From: Dipteris shenzhenensis
Taxonomy: Eukaryota
DNA length: 64,000 nt
NCBI GenBank assembly: GCA_047967505.1
Contig: CM106538.1
Strand: one strand, 5' to 3'
The notes beneath the pieces were generated by a model. That model saw only the letters and a program-made list of their open reading frames with translations, was not told where the DNA came from and ran no database searches. Position numbers and translations under genes: made by a program. How positions within the stretch are numbered: the first letter of the stretch is position 1; every line of letters begins with the position of its first letter. Positions 1 through 13,922 of the stretch are shown here, piece after piece.

Positions 1-1940
1 AATGTGTCTCCAATGTGGTATACTTGTAACAATTGCAGCCTTCTGGAATTAAGTCACATATTGAGGTGTTAAAGAGGGATGGATCAAGATTTAGAAGATA
101 GCTGCTTGAAGACGACACACATGGCCAAAAGTTTGTTTCTCTACTACAGTTGATCAAGAATCTTGATGCACAGATAGACAAGAGTTCTTGATGCGGACAA
201 GAAGGATGCTCATAACATAATTAATGCTTGTAAACATAAATGTTCCAGAGATGACTAGGAATTAGGTGATGACAACGACCAGATTCACTCAACTAATAAA
301 ATTCACTTATTTCCATCCATTGAGGCTTGCAATAGATAGCTGACCATACTCGACCATGATGGGAAATCCAATTTCTATTGCACCCATTGGCTTCCATCTC
401 CAAATTGTATCGCGAAGTCCACTTGAAATGACTCTGCCGCGATGCCAAGCATTTCACCTTCAAACTAGATCCATGTAGATATGGGCAGTAGCGCAATTTG
501 ATCAACAGGTCTTCAAAAAAATAAACAGTGTGTACAGCAATAGCCTTGTCAATTCTATTGTCAGCTATTAATCTGTATATGCGGTGCTTAAATCATGAAA
601 GGTCTATGTCTCACAATGAACCAAGTGAGATCTGTATACAAGGCACTTAAATCATGAAAGGCTATGTACGTGATTTGAAGGCCATAACGAATACAATTGA
701 CGAGGATGGAAAAGTTGTATCCCATCAAAAAACAACCACAAGTTTATGTGCACACAGTGTCATTTTCAGGAACAATAGCTTGCAACACTAGCGTAGTCTT
801 GCATAGGTATTCTGGTAGCAAGCCATGAGAGGTACAGAGCATAAAAGAAAAATGGGTAGAGAAGGAACACACAGCTTGGAATCGGGTAGATTTAGCCAGC
901 AAAGGAGCCCTCCATCATCAAAAGAAATCATCAACATTGTTGTAGATCATCGAAGCTTGTGTGAAGCTACAACATGGCAGGGAATGACCAGCCCCTCCAA
1001 TGGGGAAGAGAGCAACTTCTCTTTCTGGCCACCCTCTACACACTTGCGATGGGAAATGCTCGCAGAACCTGCAAATCCTTGAAAAACACAACAAAACTCT
1101 TCGAAAATACGCACAAACTCTCAAAACTCACAAATGGAAGAGAATGAACAAGCGTGCTGGATACAATCTCCCCCCATAAGAGTGGTGCTCTCCTTCCACC
1201 TCCTATGTATTTATGTATATTTCTCAAAAAGCTTTCGAGCAAAAATCATACAAAAGCCTCTGTGCTTTCCTCCATGCACCCTTTTACAAAAAGCCCATCC
1301 ACCTTCTAGAATAGCTGGCTTTTTCTAAAAATAAAGCTTTTTCTAACTTTAGTTTATACACTTAGCCAAGCCACTAATATTCCAAAATTCAAATATGTAC
1401 ATAAGCTTTTGTAATATAAAAAATTAGGCATAAGACTTATTCATCCCCGCATCACTGGAGTTGCACCTACGCGTCCAAAATATGGCGGATCATGCTTGCC
1501 AGATGCCATTGCCCAATCAATTACTCTTTCCTTGGATTCACACGATGAATAGTAATGAAATATTTCAAGCATAAGATAACCTTGGAATTAATCACCACAA
1601 TCAATCAACCTTTTAGTATTATAGCAACGTAAAATCAATAGATCATAGATGAATGGTGCACACATGTGACACATACCATCTCATGGTGCACTTGATGCTA
1701 CACATGAATAAAATCGTACGGATGTTGCACACATGCTACACATATTGTCATCGCGTAAGTGGTGCACACAATGCTACACACTCATACAGCCATAGCCGTA
1801 TATCCAGCCATGTAGGAGCACACATGCATCACTACGGAATAGTGAGCAGACATGCATCAGCCGCACGACAAAAATGCTGGATCTCACTAAAATAAATATT
1901 GAAGGATTAAATTAATGGGATAATTCCAATTCTCATAACA

Positions 1941-2383
1941 TCCCTCTTGCTTGAAATTGCAATCGCCCTCAATTGCGTGACAAAAAAGTAGTCAATAAAT
2001 CAGGGTACTAGCAAAAATATTGCTTGGGCATCCACTTAGCATCCTCAATGGGGTGGTTCTTAAATGTAAGAAGGTAAATAGGATATGAGTTTCCACATCT
2101 CGTTTGAGTGATTTGTTGATCAATGATCTGGTCTGGCTCTAAGAGTTGGGTCTCTCCTTGAAGCAATGGTGCATCGTCTAAAATAGGTCGAACTGGTGGG
2201 TCTCCATGGAAAGGTTTCAGGAGGTGCACATGAAAAGAATTATGAATTTTCCAATTGAGTGGTAATTCGAGCCAATAGGCATTTTCATTAATGCGCTCCA
2301 AAACTTTAAAGGGACCATAGGATTTAGGGGCAAACTTAACTATAGGGTGTGTCTTGATACTCTTAAGTCTGTGCTTCTCAATA
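1941..2383 (-). mobile_element. Ty3/gypsy chromovirus 3' end: integrase C-terminus plus chromodomain and PPT; the 3' LTR starts at 1940 and runs leftwards (left limit not resolved)
   Basis: ORF 2008-2391 has KFAPKSYGPFKVLERINENAYWLELP..IHNSFHVHLLKPF followed by a chromodomain-like tail (YLLTFKNHPIEDAKW). On the minus strand the purine tract CAAGAGGGA precedes TGTTATGAG at 1940. Confidence 0.8.
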
Positions 2384-5300
2384 TGTAACATAGGTTTGTA
2401 TGATGGTGCATGTGGGTGAATCTATAGCCTGGAAAGTCTGGTGACGGTGAATTGCTCTGGTGGCATTGGTTGATCGCAGTGCTTCAGGACTGTCAATGGT
2501 TATGAGCCCAATCATTGTGGGGTTTTTGGCTCATGCGAACATAAGGAATGTATGTAGCTACAAGAGTGTCCACTTGTTGATTGACAAAAGGGATGTTTGG
2601 AGTTTGGAGGAGGTCGTGGTGAGGAGACTGCACAGATACACAGAGGTGTAGAGTGACGTCAGTGCATAGGCAATGGCAGTTTTGACCAGGGAGCTTTCCA
2701 TTCTTTCTTGTTAAAAGAGAAGAAAAATCAATTTTGTTGGGATGTCCCTTTTGCAGTTATTTGGTAATTACAGTTAATTTAAATTGCAGAAGTTTCCCTA
2801 GCATAGGAAAGTGAACCGACAATTTGTAGTTTACAGTTTTACGGTTTGCTATATGCTTGTATAGTGGGGGTTTGGAAAGTTATTATATACAGTTATAAAG
2901 ATTATTTTCAAGTTTGTATCATTTGGATGGTGCGTGAGAGAAAAAAAAAAAACACCCATCTATCTAAATGGCAGTTGAAGAAGAAGCTTCTAGAGTGGAT
3001 CCTGTAGAGTCGGAGGTCCCGGCTGACCCCGCACGTGTCACACCCAACATGCCATACAGTGTCTGGCAGAATTGCATTATTGGAAAATGCCTTGTAATAG
3101 ATTTTAGTGCAACAATTACAAGTAAATGTAGGGCAATCTGAGCTCAAAAAATTGGTTCATGGTATGTCTGCTAGACCTCTCGTGAAGAGAAGGGTAAAGC
3201 TCCAATGGAGCTTGAATCTAGTGTTCATACGCGAGTCTAGGAGGGCTAAGGTGCCTAATATTGCCAATTATAGGCCAGAAAAGTATTCTGGTCGGATGTC
3301 TGATTATAGTTCCGATATCATAGAGACCTGGTTACACAAATGGGATGAGGCCTTCGCCATTTGTGAAATCAGGAATGATATGAAGAAAATCCGCGAGGCC
3401 ACCCATATGTTTAATGAGGCAACAGATAGGTGGTGGATAAGACAACAGAAAGATGGAGTGGCATCCACTACTTGGGAGGGTTTTAAAAAAGAATTTAGAA
3501 AACACTTCTTACCTCTTGATGAAGCATCCCGAGCTTGGGATCAGTATCAAATCCTTCGTCAGAGACATTTATCAGTGGCAGAATACACTGATGAGTTCAA
3601 AGAAAGTGTAATGAAATTTTATGAACCTCTACATCAGTCAGTCCAGGTAAAAGATTTCATCTTTGGACTGAATGATCGGATCAAGATGGAAGTTCAGGCT
3701 AAGTATGCGAACACGCTAGATGAAGCAATTGCCATAGCCCTGAACTATGAGGATGCCAAAGGGAACAGACCAAGTGGGTTTGTGCAAGTTGGGACTCGGT
3801 ATGAGTATCCAAAGAAAACGGGGTTCAAGAAGAAGTGGATTAGCAAAGGGAGTGCCTCACAGCCTAGTGGTCAAGCCAAGTAGGCAAAGCCAGTTGAGAC
3901 GCCTAAACCAAGTACCACCATTGGAGTGAAAAGAAAAGTAACACCAATGGCAGCCCGGGCTTGGTTGAAGTCTTCTTTAAACCTAGAGCAAAGAGAAAAA
4001 GTGAGGAGAGAAGGCTTGTGTTTTGGATGCCTTTAGCCTCATTAGTGGAAAGATTGTCCACAAAACAAAGATCATCGGATGGCTAAGATGTTGATCTCAG
4101 AATGCGACGTGGAAATGGAGGAAAGTCCCAGAGCAGAACAGATGCAAATTCAACTAGTGGGATCTTCTCAAAGGTCAGTACCTATTTTGTTATGGGTGTC
4201 TGTTGCTAAGTTAGTAATCAGTGCACCTGATAATGTCCTATCAAGGCCCATACCAATGGGGTATACAGCCTTTAATGATACGGAGTTAATTAAGATGAAA
4301 GGGCAAGTAGCCAGTAGCCAATCATGATGTCATTGTGTTGTTTGACTCAGCGTCAACACACAAAGTAATTAACTCCAAGCTTGTAAAGAGGCTGAAATTA
4401 AAGACTAATCCATCTGAATATGCATATGCAGTCAGAATGGCGGACAGAAGTTCAACTGAAGTATGGGACCAAAGGATTACCCAGTTGGAACTTCGATTTT
4501 AGGACTATACAGAGAAGCTTGATTTTGAAATGACAAAGCTTGCTCACGCAAATATAGCCCTAGGTAAGGCTTGGCATTCTAGGAAGAATCCAGGCATAGA
4601 TTGGAAAAAGCACATTTATTAATTCAAGATGAATAATGTGCTGTATGTCTTATAAGGTGAAAAATATATACCTCAAGGACCGTTGGTTTCCGTAATGGAA
4701 GTTCAAAAAGCTCAAGAAGAGTTTTTGTTTCTTTGTACAGCATCGGTAGAGCCGATTGATGGTTCTTTGGCTAGCACTGATGTTACCCAAAATGGAGAGA
4801 TGGCCAAGCTAGCTGATCAAATAGCAAAGGAGTTCTCTGATTGTTTTATGTATGAGTTACCTCTAGAGCGGAATGTTCAACATAATATTGAACTAATCCT
4901 GGGGGCAGAACCTGTAAATAGACCTCCCCATAGATTAAGTTTTACTGAAGAAGTAGAGGTACGAAGACAACTGGAAGAATACCTTGAGCTGGGCAGATTC
5001 AACCCAGTTTCTCACCTTTTGCTTCGCCAGTGATATTTAAAAAAAAAGAAAGATACTTTTTGCCTCTGTATAGATTACAGAGCATTGAATAATATCACTA
5101 CTAAGCACATGTATCTGATGGCTCGGGTCAATGATTTGCTAGATGTGTTACATGGGGCCGTAATTTTTAGTAAGATAGATCTTAAATGTGGCTACCATTA
5201 GATCCGTATTAGAGGCGAGGATGTGCATAAAACCGCTTTAGAAGTAGATTTGGACATTATGAGTTTTTGGTAATTTCGTTTGGACTTACCAATGCTCCAG

Positions 5301-5530
5301 CTACATTCGTCATGCTTATAAATGATTTACTACATCCGTATATCGAGAAGTTTGTAGTACATTTTATGGACGATATTCTTGTGTTCAGCAAAAGTATTGC
5401 TGAGCATCACGAACACTTAAGAATAGTGTTCAATACTTTGAGGAAAGCCAGTCTTTATGTAAATAAAAAGAAAACTGTACTATGTATGATAAGACTTGAA
5501 TATTTAGGATTCATTATTACCCCTATATTG
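2384..5530 (+). mobile_element. 3'-truncated Ty3/gypsy retrotransposon (putative 5' LTR 2384-2921, gag, protease, RT) inserted into the previous element
   Basis: A TGTAACA...TGTATCA segment begins where the minus-strand integrase frame breaks. It is followed by gag, the protease motif LFDSASTH (about 4340) and RT motifs (FGLTNAPATF, HFMDDILVFS) with stops and frameshifts. Confidence 0.8.
3107..3883 (+). pseudogene. gag: Ty3/gypsy Gag
   Basis: Retrotrans_gag-like RWW..TTWEGFKKEFRKHF..LRQ..SVAEY..F motif; a degenerate zinc knuckle (LCFGCL*PH*WKDC) follows at about 4015. Confidence 0.85.
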
Positions 5531-7126
5531 TGAGACACAGTACCACTCAAGTCCCTTGCCCTCTCACTCATAGGTTGTAGCACCCTAGAGACCACTCACT
5601 CCACTACTCCTTGCTCATTAAGTGCTCACTCCACCTCTCGCTCCACCCCTCGCTCTAGCTCTACTACTCCATCCACCACAAATCCTTAAGACTTTGCTTT
5701 GCCTAAGGACCTATCCTATAGAGTGAACAACATTTGGGAGGTTATACAAGACGAGGACGCAAAGGCAATCGTCATAAGATACACGAGGAGGTTGGTGAAC
5801 ACCCACTTCCCCAATGATATATTTGAACCTTGGAAACAACGGGACAAGAAATCCAAGGATGCCATCATAGATGCCCTCGAGAGACAATTTCCAAATCCTA
5901 AAGGGTTTGAGTTTGATTAAAATGCCATGCTTACACGGATGGGGGAGCTCTTTAAGTCTTGTAGATATGAATTAAGCGATGCTTTTAAGGATGGTAAGCA
6001 CAAGCCAAGGTGGGCAGACCCGAAGGATTGGAAGAGAGCAAAGAGGGATTACAAGGAGAATCCAAATGCATTTGAGCCTCAGCGGAGGGTGGCAAGGATA
6101 CACCTGGAGATTGTAGGTCCTTCACAACTTGGGAGTGGTGGTGACAGACTTGGCAACGAGGCATGGGTGGTAAGTGTATATTTATCTTCTACTAAATTTC
6201 TAATATGTTCAATCGTTCAAATGTCTTGTCATTCATATCTAACTAATTGAATTTGGATGGATCCAGGAATCTATGATTGGAAGGCCTCCAAACAACGAGG
6301 AGTACAAAATGGAGTTTGAAATTGGAGCCAAGAAATGGCTGTAGGAGAAGGAGAAAGAAGGATTCCACATCGATTGGAAAAGGGTGGTGGTGTTTCGTGT
6401 AAGTATACCCTATTTCTCTCCATTATTGTTTGACTATCACCATTGTCTTACAATCAACTCTCTTAGTAGAAGAGGAGGGTAAGGGATCAAGCGCACGCAG
6501 AGAGACCGAGGGCGAGGAGGGAAAGGAGGACAACGAGGGTGCACACAGAGAGACCGAGGATGAGGAGGATGAGGAGGGCAAGGAGGAGAAATAGTAGGAT
6601 ATGGCATTTAGTTGTTCAATATTTTGGCACTGTTGCCCTTTTGTAGTAGATTACCTCGACAGATTTGCCATTTTGGAGTTTGAAACTTTTGCCATTTTGT
6701 AGCACATTAGCACATTACTTCGGAGGATTTGCCATTTTATGGCACATTGTTTCGACAAATTTGCCATTACTTTGTAGACCTTCTTTGCAAAATTGTAATA
6801 TAAACCTCCGCATTTTTAACATTTAATCGTGATTTTAATGGAAAAAGAATTTATGTGGGACAAGATGGGACTAAAACAAGCACCATCGTGCCCCACAAAT
6901 TTTTTTTAAATCTTCTATAAAAACGTTGGTATGTACCAACGCCTACACTGACACCCATATCGACACTGTAGGGCATATTTTACTAATGGTGACATCGACA
7001 CCTGCACCAACGATTTCTTTGCGACGTCCACACCGAGGGAGTTTCTGACACTTTCCACTTGTTAAAAAAAATTCTTCATGTTTAGCATCGGTATCGGTGT
7101 TGAAAAGCGGCCCGTGTCTTGTAGTG
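5531..7126 (+). mobile_element. Right portion of a CACTA (En/Spm) DNA transposon with a degenerate TnpA/Ptta-like gene
   Basis: Ends in TCTTGTAGTG at 7117-7126 (reverse complement CACTACAAGA). ORFs 5699-6250 resemble plant Ptta/En/Spm proteins, with GTAAGT donors at about 6170 and 6399 and an acidic tail. No left CACTA end was found. Confidence 0.75.
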
Positions 7127-9450
7127 TCTCCCATGAGAGTCGATGGAGATGACTCTTAGCAGTAGCATATGGATAGGTCCTCGTGCTCATGGAACTTAAC
7201 AGTTGGTTGGCCCGTGGTTGATAGCGCTTCTCACGACTACTCTAGTATTCTTTTCAAGTCTAATATAGCTTGGTTTGTATTAGAGCTATCAGTGTGTCAG
7301 TCACTTTGTACACCGAATACGTGTTGTGTTTTACCTTTGTGGCATAGTGTGTAGGGACTCTTGTAAAGTCGCAACAAGCCCCATAGAGATCACAACCAAT
7401 AGTTGGTGTGAGAGAGGACTCAACTATGTGTCACCTCTTTTTATCAGTCCTGTGAGCCTTTGTGGCTAGTTGTTTATATTTCCATAACTTAGTTGAGTCG
7501 GTTGACATGATCTCTTTCTCTTCCATAACAATCATCATTTTATGTGAGGTAATTATCATTTTATCTGAAGCTAGTAAGCTCTAAAATCCTAAAGTTGGTA
7601 CTAGAGCATGGTCATGAGGGCTTGAGAAGAGAGGAGAGTTTTGTTGATGTCAAAGTACTCTTAACTTTCGATACTCACAGATCGTGGAAGTATAAGGAAA
7701 TGTATGAGATCTCAGAGAGTTTTGACTTCACTTGACATTTTGGTAGAAGCCTCATTTCATCTACATTTGAATCTACACCATTTGTGAAATGGATAAGGGG
7801 GATAAACAAATTATGTTCTCATTGTCTTCAATGGAAAAAATTTCCCTTCATGGCAGTTAGCGACTCGATTACTCTTCATGCAAAAGGGTTATGGGGAATT
7901 GTAGCAAATATAGAAAAGAATCCCAAAGGGACTACATCAGAGGTAGATAAGAGTGCCTAGAATATGAACAATGAGAAAGCTATTGGCTATCTAGGTCGAG
8001 CACTAGCTCCTGATTTCTTCCATCATCATGATACAAAGAGCACAGTAGCAAATAATTGGAGTACATTAGAAACACTTTTTGGGCTTCGTATGAAACACTC
8101 TAAAGCCAAATCTCAAACAAGAATTGTTTGACTTGAAGAAGAATATGGGCGAGACATTAGGAGTGTTCTTAAACAAGATGGAAGTATTGTTAAGGCAACT
8201 AAGCACACTTGGAGCAAAAGTGGAGGATAAAGATAAGAAAGCTATTCTACTCAAAAGCATACCAGTAGAACAGTTCGGGGAGATAGTGAGAATTCTTCAA
8301 CTTGATGATAACGTGGATTTTTTGGACTGTGTCAGTGTGAAGAAAAGCTCAACCACACTTCCATCTATGACTCAAGGGCATTTGTTGCGACAGACAAGAA
8401 GAAGAAGAAGAAGACAGACAAGAAGAACAAGACTACACACGACACTAGAAGGTGCAATTATTGTGGAAAAGGACACTTGGAGAAGTTTTGCTTCACAAAA
8501 TAGAGAGACGAGCTATTGAAGAAGACCAAGGAAAAGGAAGTAGCCGTTGAGGAAGATGATAAGAAGGATACATCGATGCTCGTTGAAGTGGATCACCTTA
8601 GTGATCAAGACTATGCTTTCTAACTCAGAAGGGTAGTAGTAACTGCCTAGAATTAGGGTCTCTGTGACAAATTTTTTAATAGCCGTTGAGTTCTTTGTGA
8701 ATGAATTGATGGTGTAGCTCTTTGTGAGCATTATTAGTTTTCCTTTGTGGATGTTTGTTTTGGTTTGATAACTCTTTGTGAGCAGGTGACTGTCTTTTGT
8801 ATGCATGATCTCCCCATTTTGGCCAAGGGGGTGTGTGTAGGCTTTAAGCTTGATTATAGTACATCCTCATGGGGAGTTCCATAGTTGTTGGAGAGCTCAA
8901 AAAGGAGGTGGCACGTGTTAATTGTGCATGCAACCTTTTATGAGGATCTACAAGGTAGCTTATTGTCACCTTGAGGAGCCCCTCTAGCCCAATAAGCTCG
9001 TGAGCTTAATCCATGCAGAAGACTCTTGGTAGGAGCATATGGATAGCTTGTAGGCAACCTCGTGCTCGTGGACCTCAATAGTTGATTGGCTCGTGGTTGC
9101 CGGTGCTTCTGTTAACTACTTGAATCTTCTTTTCAAGTCTTATATAGTTTGATTTGTATTAGAGCTACCAGTGTGCCAGTCGCTTTGTACACCGAATACA
9201 TGTTGTGTGTTTTGCCTTTGTGTGGCATAGTGTGAAGGGACTCTTGTAAGGTCACAACAAGCCCGTAGGGATGCATGACTAGTAGTTGGTGAGAGAGAAC
9301 TCGACTATGTGTCACCTCTATTTATTAGTCCTATAAGCCTTTGTGGCTAGTCGTTTATATTTCCATAACTTAGTTGAGTCGGTTTACACAATCTCATTGT
9401 GAGGTGTATTTATCATTTTATGTGAAGATAGTAAGCTCGAAAATCCTACA
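7127..9450 (+). mobile_element. Gag-only Copia-derived LTR element (TR-GAG-like): partial 5' LTR 7127-7593, degenerate Met PBS 7596-7607, gag about 7788-8640, PPT, 3' LTR about 8836-9450
   Basis: Diverged direct repeats (7150-7593 vs about 9020-9450, ending AAATCCTAAA and AAATCCTACA), PBS TGGTACTAGAGC, Copia gag with knuckle CNYCGKGHLEKFC, and PPT CCAAGGGGG. No pol domains lie between gag and the PPT. Confidence 0.75.
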
Positions 9451-9957
9451 AAAAGTTGAAGTTCTTGAAGGAAAAACAAGAGATAATTTATGGCTCCCCC
9501 CATTATACTACTTAGCAATCCCCTCACATGTTGAAGTCTTTGCTCAATCTTCATTTGAGGCCAACATGCATTCATACCTTGACAATAGAAAGAAAATTTC
9601 CATCATTGAGAGCTACTGCACATGAATAAGAAATACACAGTTGGCGCCTTAGGCTAATTTGGTTCACACATTATTATAGTTCATACAACTTGAAGCATTT
9701 ATTTGTAGGGTGCTCTGCATGTGAGAGCTGGCTTACCCATCAACCTTTTTGAAGGCAATTCAACCAATTCTAAGCACTAGATTCTAGCTTCCTATTGACT
9801 AGAGAGAAAATAGAGCTCTGGTGCTCACAAAGGTACCCTCCAAAAGTGAGGTGTGAATTGTGAAATCAATGGCGCTTCACCTTTGCCTCCATTTTTGTGC
9901 AAGCCTCTAAAACTAGCCAGTAGTGCCACATTTTGGGCTTCATGTGTAGAGAGCCTT
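9451..9957. repeat. Dispersed repeat, copy 1 (homologous to about 33500-34015)
   Basis: Colinear similarity, e.g. GATAATTTATGGCTCCCCCA and CCCTCCAAAAGTGAGGTGTGAATTGTGAAATCAATGG occur in both places. Confidence 0.85.
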
Positions 9958-10339
9958 ATGAAAGAAACAGATGATCGTAATCATGAAAGTAGAGAAGCCA
10001 AATCGTGAAAATACCCATGTGTTGGAAACCACATCTAGAGGCCCCACGTTTTTCAGTTTTGTTTGTTTGAGTGAGTCCAGAAGGGTCCAAAACTCTTTGT
10101 TGGAGTCTCCAATCTTTGGTTTGTGAAGGCTATGGAAGGAGACAAATTCTTTGTCATTGCATCTCCGTCTTTCTTCTCCAAAACCTTCATAGTCTAAGGT
10201 TTTGGTCTAAAGTCTTCTTTTCACTCAAGCATCCTTTTTTACAAAGCAAGAGGGAAAATATCTCCATTAGTGTTGTAAAAGGATAGACATTGCCAACTAG
10301 CAATCCATAAGCTGGTAAGCCGTTCTTCCGATGGCTAAA

Positions 10340-11100
10340 GAAATCTCTTTGATTGAAAATTATATTGGAAAGGGTTTCCATTCATGGAAAACTCAACCTA
10401 AATACCGCTTGATGTTTAAGGGGTTATGGCCATATGTAGATGGTAGAAAACCATGAATTCAAGAAAACCAGATGAGGGTGAAGATGACAAAAGGGACAAG
10501 TCATCATTATGCCTACCATTGATAAGAGCCTTGTCCACCACATCGATGAGTTGGCCACAGTGAAACTCAAGTGCGATGAAATGGAAAAGCTCTATGGTGC
10601 AAAGTAAAAAAACTCTACAGTTTCTCTAAAAATTGAATTCTTTGGTCTTGAGTACACTCAAGGGGATCTTGGTTCCTTCATTTCACATATGAAGGGACTA
10701 ATGGTGTAATTAGCATCTATAAAACCTAAAATAGAAGAAGAGGATGAAATTGTTGTTCTCCTTATCATGCTCTTGTCTCACGACATTGAAAATTGTTACT
10801 AATTCTACACTTGAGGGAGTCATTTCTTCTCTTCTAGATGAGGAGAAAAGCCTCAAATTAAATGGTACTTCTACATCAACAGCAGCAAGAGTAGCATTGT
10901 ACTTTTAATCCAAGGTCATCAAATGTTCCTTTTGTAAAAAGAAGGGACATACTGAGGCAAGGTGCTACATCAAAGATCCCAAGAAGAAGCAATGTGACAA
11001 ATGTGGAGAATTGGGTCACTTATCATAGGAATGTAATGGCAAGAAGGAGGAAAACAATCTGGTGGCAACATTATCATGAGATGAAAATTTTTTGTAGATC
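10340..11100 (+). pseudogene. gag: Degenerate Copia gag with two zinc knuckles
   Basis: FHSWKTQ..LMFKGLWPYVDG at the N-terminus; CSFCKKKGHTEARC and CDKCGELGHLS*EC at about 10920-11035; many stops. Confidence 0.75.
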
Positions 11101-11859
11101 ACATTTGTAAAAATCCTATCCAGTACATACCTAAGATACAAAGTCCTTAATCTTTAAAATCTAGGAAAGCATTGTTGAGACAAAGAGAAAGAGGAGAGAG
11201 ACAGACATAAGAGTTGCTCCCAAGGTAGTGATTCTATTCATAGATCATAGGCATATATATAGTTGAGAACTAGCTAGGGCAAGCTATATATAGCTCTAAC
11301 ACCCCTACTCGAACAAGGTTCTCTAGCTATGGATGAAAAAACCCTTGGCTAGTACAAGGGAAAAACCCGAGCCACTATATATATATCTTTGTGAAAATAT
11401 ATATACAAAGGATGTCCATAGGCTAGTCTGAATGATACAGTGTAATGTTGGATGATACTGTGCAAATTGCATGTGGATAGTACAAAGATATAAGACAAGT
11501 ACTTGTCCATAGTACAATGCAAAGTATAGGTGCTCTTCATCTGAATAGGAGAGCTTGTCATCTCCAAGTTCAATCTCATCAAATCTCCTCAAACCTTTAT
11601 AATCATGCCTTCATGTTTTGCACAATTCATCCACCTAAAATGACCGGTTTCATGTAGTGTATACAAACACAACAAATATTCAAGTAAATGTCCCATTTCA
11701 TGCGGTGTATACAAACACAATAAATATTCAAGTATCCTTTTCCGTTGTACCAAGGATGAATGCATGAGGAAATTGCTTTGGCCACTCCAAAGATGGGTAT
11801 GTAGGGGCGATTTGAGATGTCCACAAAGCCAGGGTGAACAACTGGGTAGCCGAAGTAAC

Positions 11860-12385
11860 GAACGATCGGAAATACAATGAGCATAAGCCACACACATATG
11901 ATAAGAGGCAAGCTTGTGTGGATTAGACACAGCTTAGATAATCATAGTAGGGATGAAATAACAACCTCATAGTGGAAGTACCGAACGACAAAAAATACAA
12001 TGAGCATAAGCCACCCACTTATGACAAGAGGCAAGCTTGTGTGGATTAGACACAGCTTACATAATCATAGCGGGAATGAAATAATGACCTCTTCACATTC
12101 GGAAGTACCAAACAACCGGAAATACAATAAGCATAATCCACACACGTATGAAAAGAGGCAACCTTGTGTGGATTAGTCATAGCTTATATAATCATAGTGG
12201 GAATCAAATAACAACCTCTTTGCATCTGGAAGTATTGAACAACCGGAAATACAACGAGCATAATCCACACACGTATGAGAAGAGGCAACCTTGTGTGGAT
12301 TAGACACAGCTTACATAATCATAGTGGGAATGAAATAACAACCTCTTCACATTCAGAAATACCGAACAATCGGGAAGACAAGCAT
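11860..12385. repeat. Tandem repeat, unit about 125 bp, about 4 copies
   Basis: AAATACAA.GAGCATAA.CCACAC...GAGGCAA.CTTGTGTGGATTAG recurs near 11870, 11993, 12120 and 12247. Confidence 0.9.
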
Positions 12386-12444
12386 CCAAGATTACAAAGA
12401 ACATCCGAAAGTAATCAAGAAAATGGGCATCCAAGAATGGTGAT

Positions 12445-13148
12445 CATGTCCAAACGAGTACTCAATAGTAATCCATATGTGCCATGTCCAAACGAGTACT
12501 TAATAAACTATCCATATGTGCTTGTCCAAATGAGTACTCAAGAAGTAATCCATTTGTGTTAATAAATATTGTCACCTTAAAGACCTTGAACCTTGCCACA
12601 TCAAGATAAGTACGCAATAAGTAATCCATAGGTACCACGTCGAAACGAGTACTCAATAAGTAATCCATATGTATTCATCATGAAAGACATATAAGTATTT
12701 GTCACGTCCAAATGAGTACTCAATAAGTAATCCATATGTGCCATGTCCAAACGAGTACTCAATAAGTAATCCATATGTGCCATGTCCAAACGAGGACTCA
12801 ATAAGTAATCCATATGTGTTTATTTGAAAGACGTTGAACCTTACCACGTCCAAATGAGTATGCAATATGACTATGTCAAAATGAGTTCTCAATAAGTAAT
12901 CCATATGTTCATCGTCGTGAAAGCCAAATAAATATGTGTCACTTCCAAATGAGGACTCAATAATAATCCATGCGCCATGTCCAGACGAGTACTCAAGTAG
13001 TTAGCCATGTGCCATGTCCAAATGAGTACTCAAGCAGTTAGCCATATGTGTTTATAAATATATTATCACTTGAAAGATGTTGAACCTTGGCACATCCAAT
13101 ACATAGGTGCCACAGCCAAATGAGTACTCAATAAGTCAGCCATATGTG
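12445..13148. repeat. Minisatellite with a 39-bp unit, about 14 copies, irregularly interrupted
   Basis: Unit CATGTCCAAACGAGTACTCAATAAGTAATCCATATGTGC, with palindromic core GAGTACTC. Confidence 0.9.
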
Positions 13149-13922
13149 TTCATCGGTGAGAGACATATACATATACCTCACCACATAAAGGGTGGAATAA
13201 AAGGGCCAAATAAAAGTATGCCTTGCTTGAAGATATAAGGTGAACCAATAAGTAAATACATACTGTAATCAGCTCATGTTGAAAGTAAATCTTGATATAG
13301 AATATTGGCAAGTCTTTTTAACCAAGATTCATGAAAACTTGAAGCTACAGCTCAACTTATTAGTACTAGAACATAATAATACATGTATTATCATTGCGAA
13401 TAAAACATCAAGCATATTAATGTAGTGGAATACAAATAACATAACCTTTCAAGTGGAATATCAAGGACAAAGCAGTGTACTGAACTACGATGCTATCATG
13501 GTTCCCAATCATGTATAAGATTAAAGGAAGTTGGTTTATCTCTATACCAATAGGCAAAGAAAACTCCAACACATAGATGTATGTCATAGTGGTTGGTGAT
13601 CTTGGAATTAACCATCATTGTCTTGCTGAAAAGCAATCAGGTTTTGTGAGGTACCCGAGTATAGATATTGATAGAGATCTTTTGTTGAAGGATGTTCTAT
13701 GAATGCTAAGTAGCAAAGTACTTACACAAACACTCAACAAGCAATGCACTAAATAAGAAGTTGGTCAGTAAAGGATGCGCTAAATAAAAACTAGCTTAAT
13801 AGATGTGAAGCATCATTGGCTTTTTACTTTGTCAAAGCAGCATGAAGCTATAAGTGCTAAGCGTTAAACTATTATTTTTACTGATGACCTAATAGAAAGC
13901 AAAAATTTCTTTCATATGGTAG

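Noticed and set aside
1-1900. Short ORFs and a possible LTR body
   Set aside because: No recognisable protein motif; the left LTR boundary could not be fixed without a partner copy.
12445-13148. CRISPR array
   Set aside because: Plant nuclear context with no cas genes; many repeats are directly adjacent and the spacers repeat each other.
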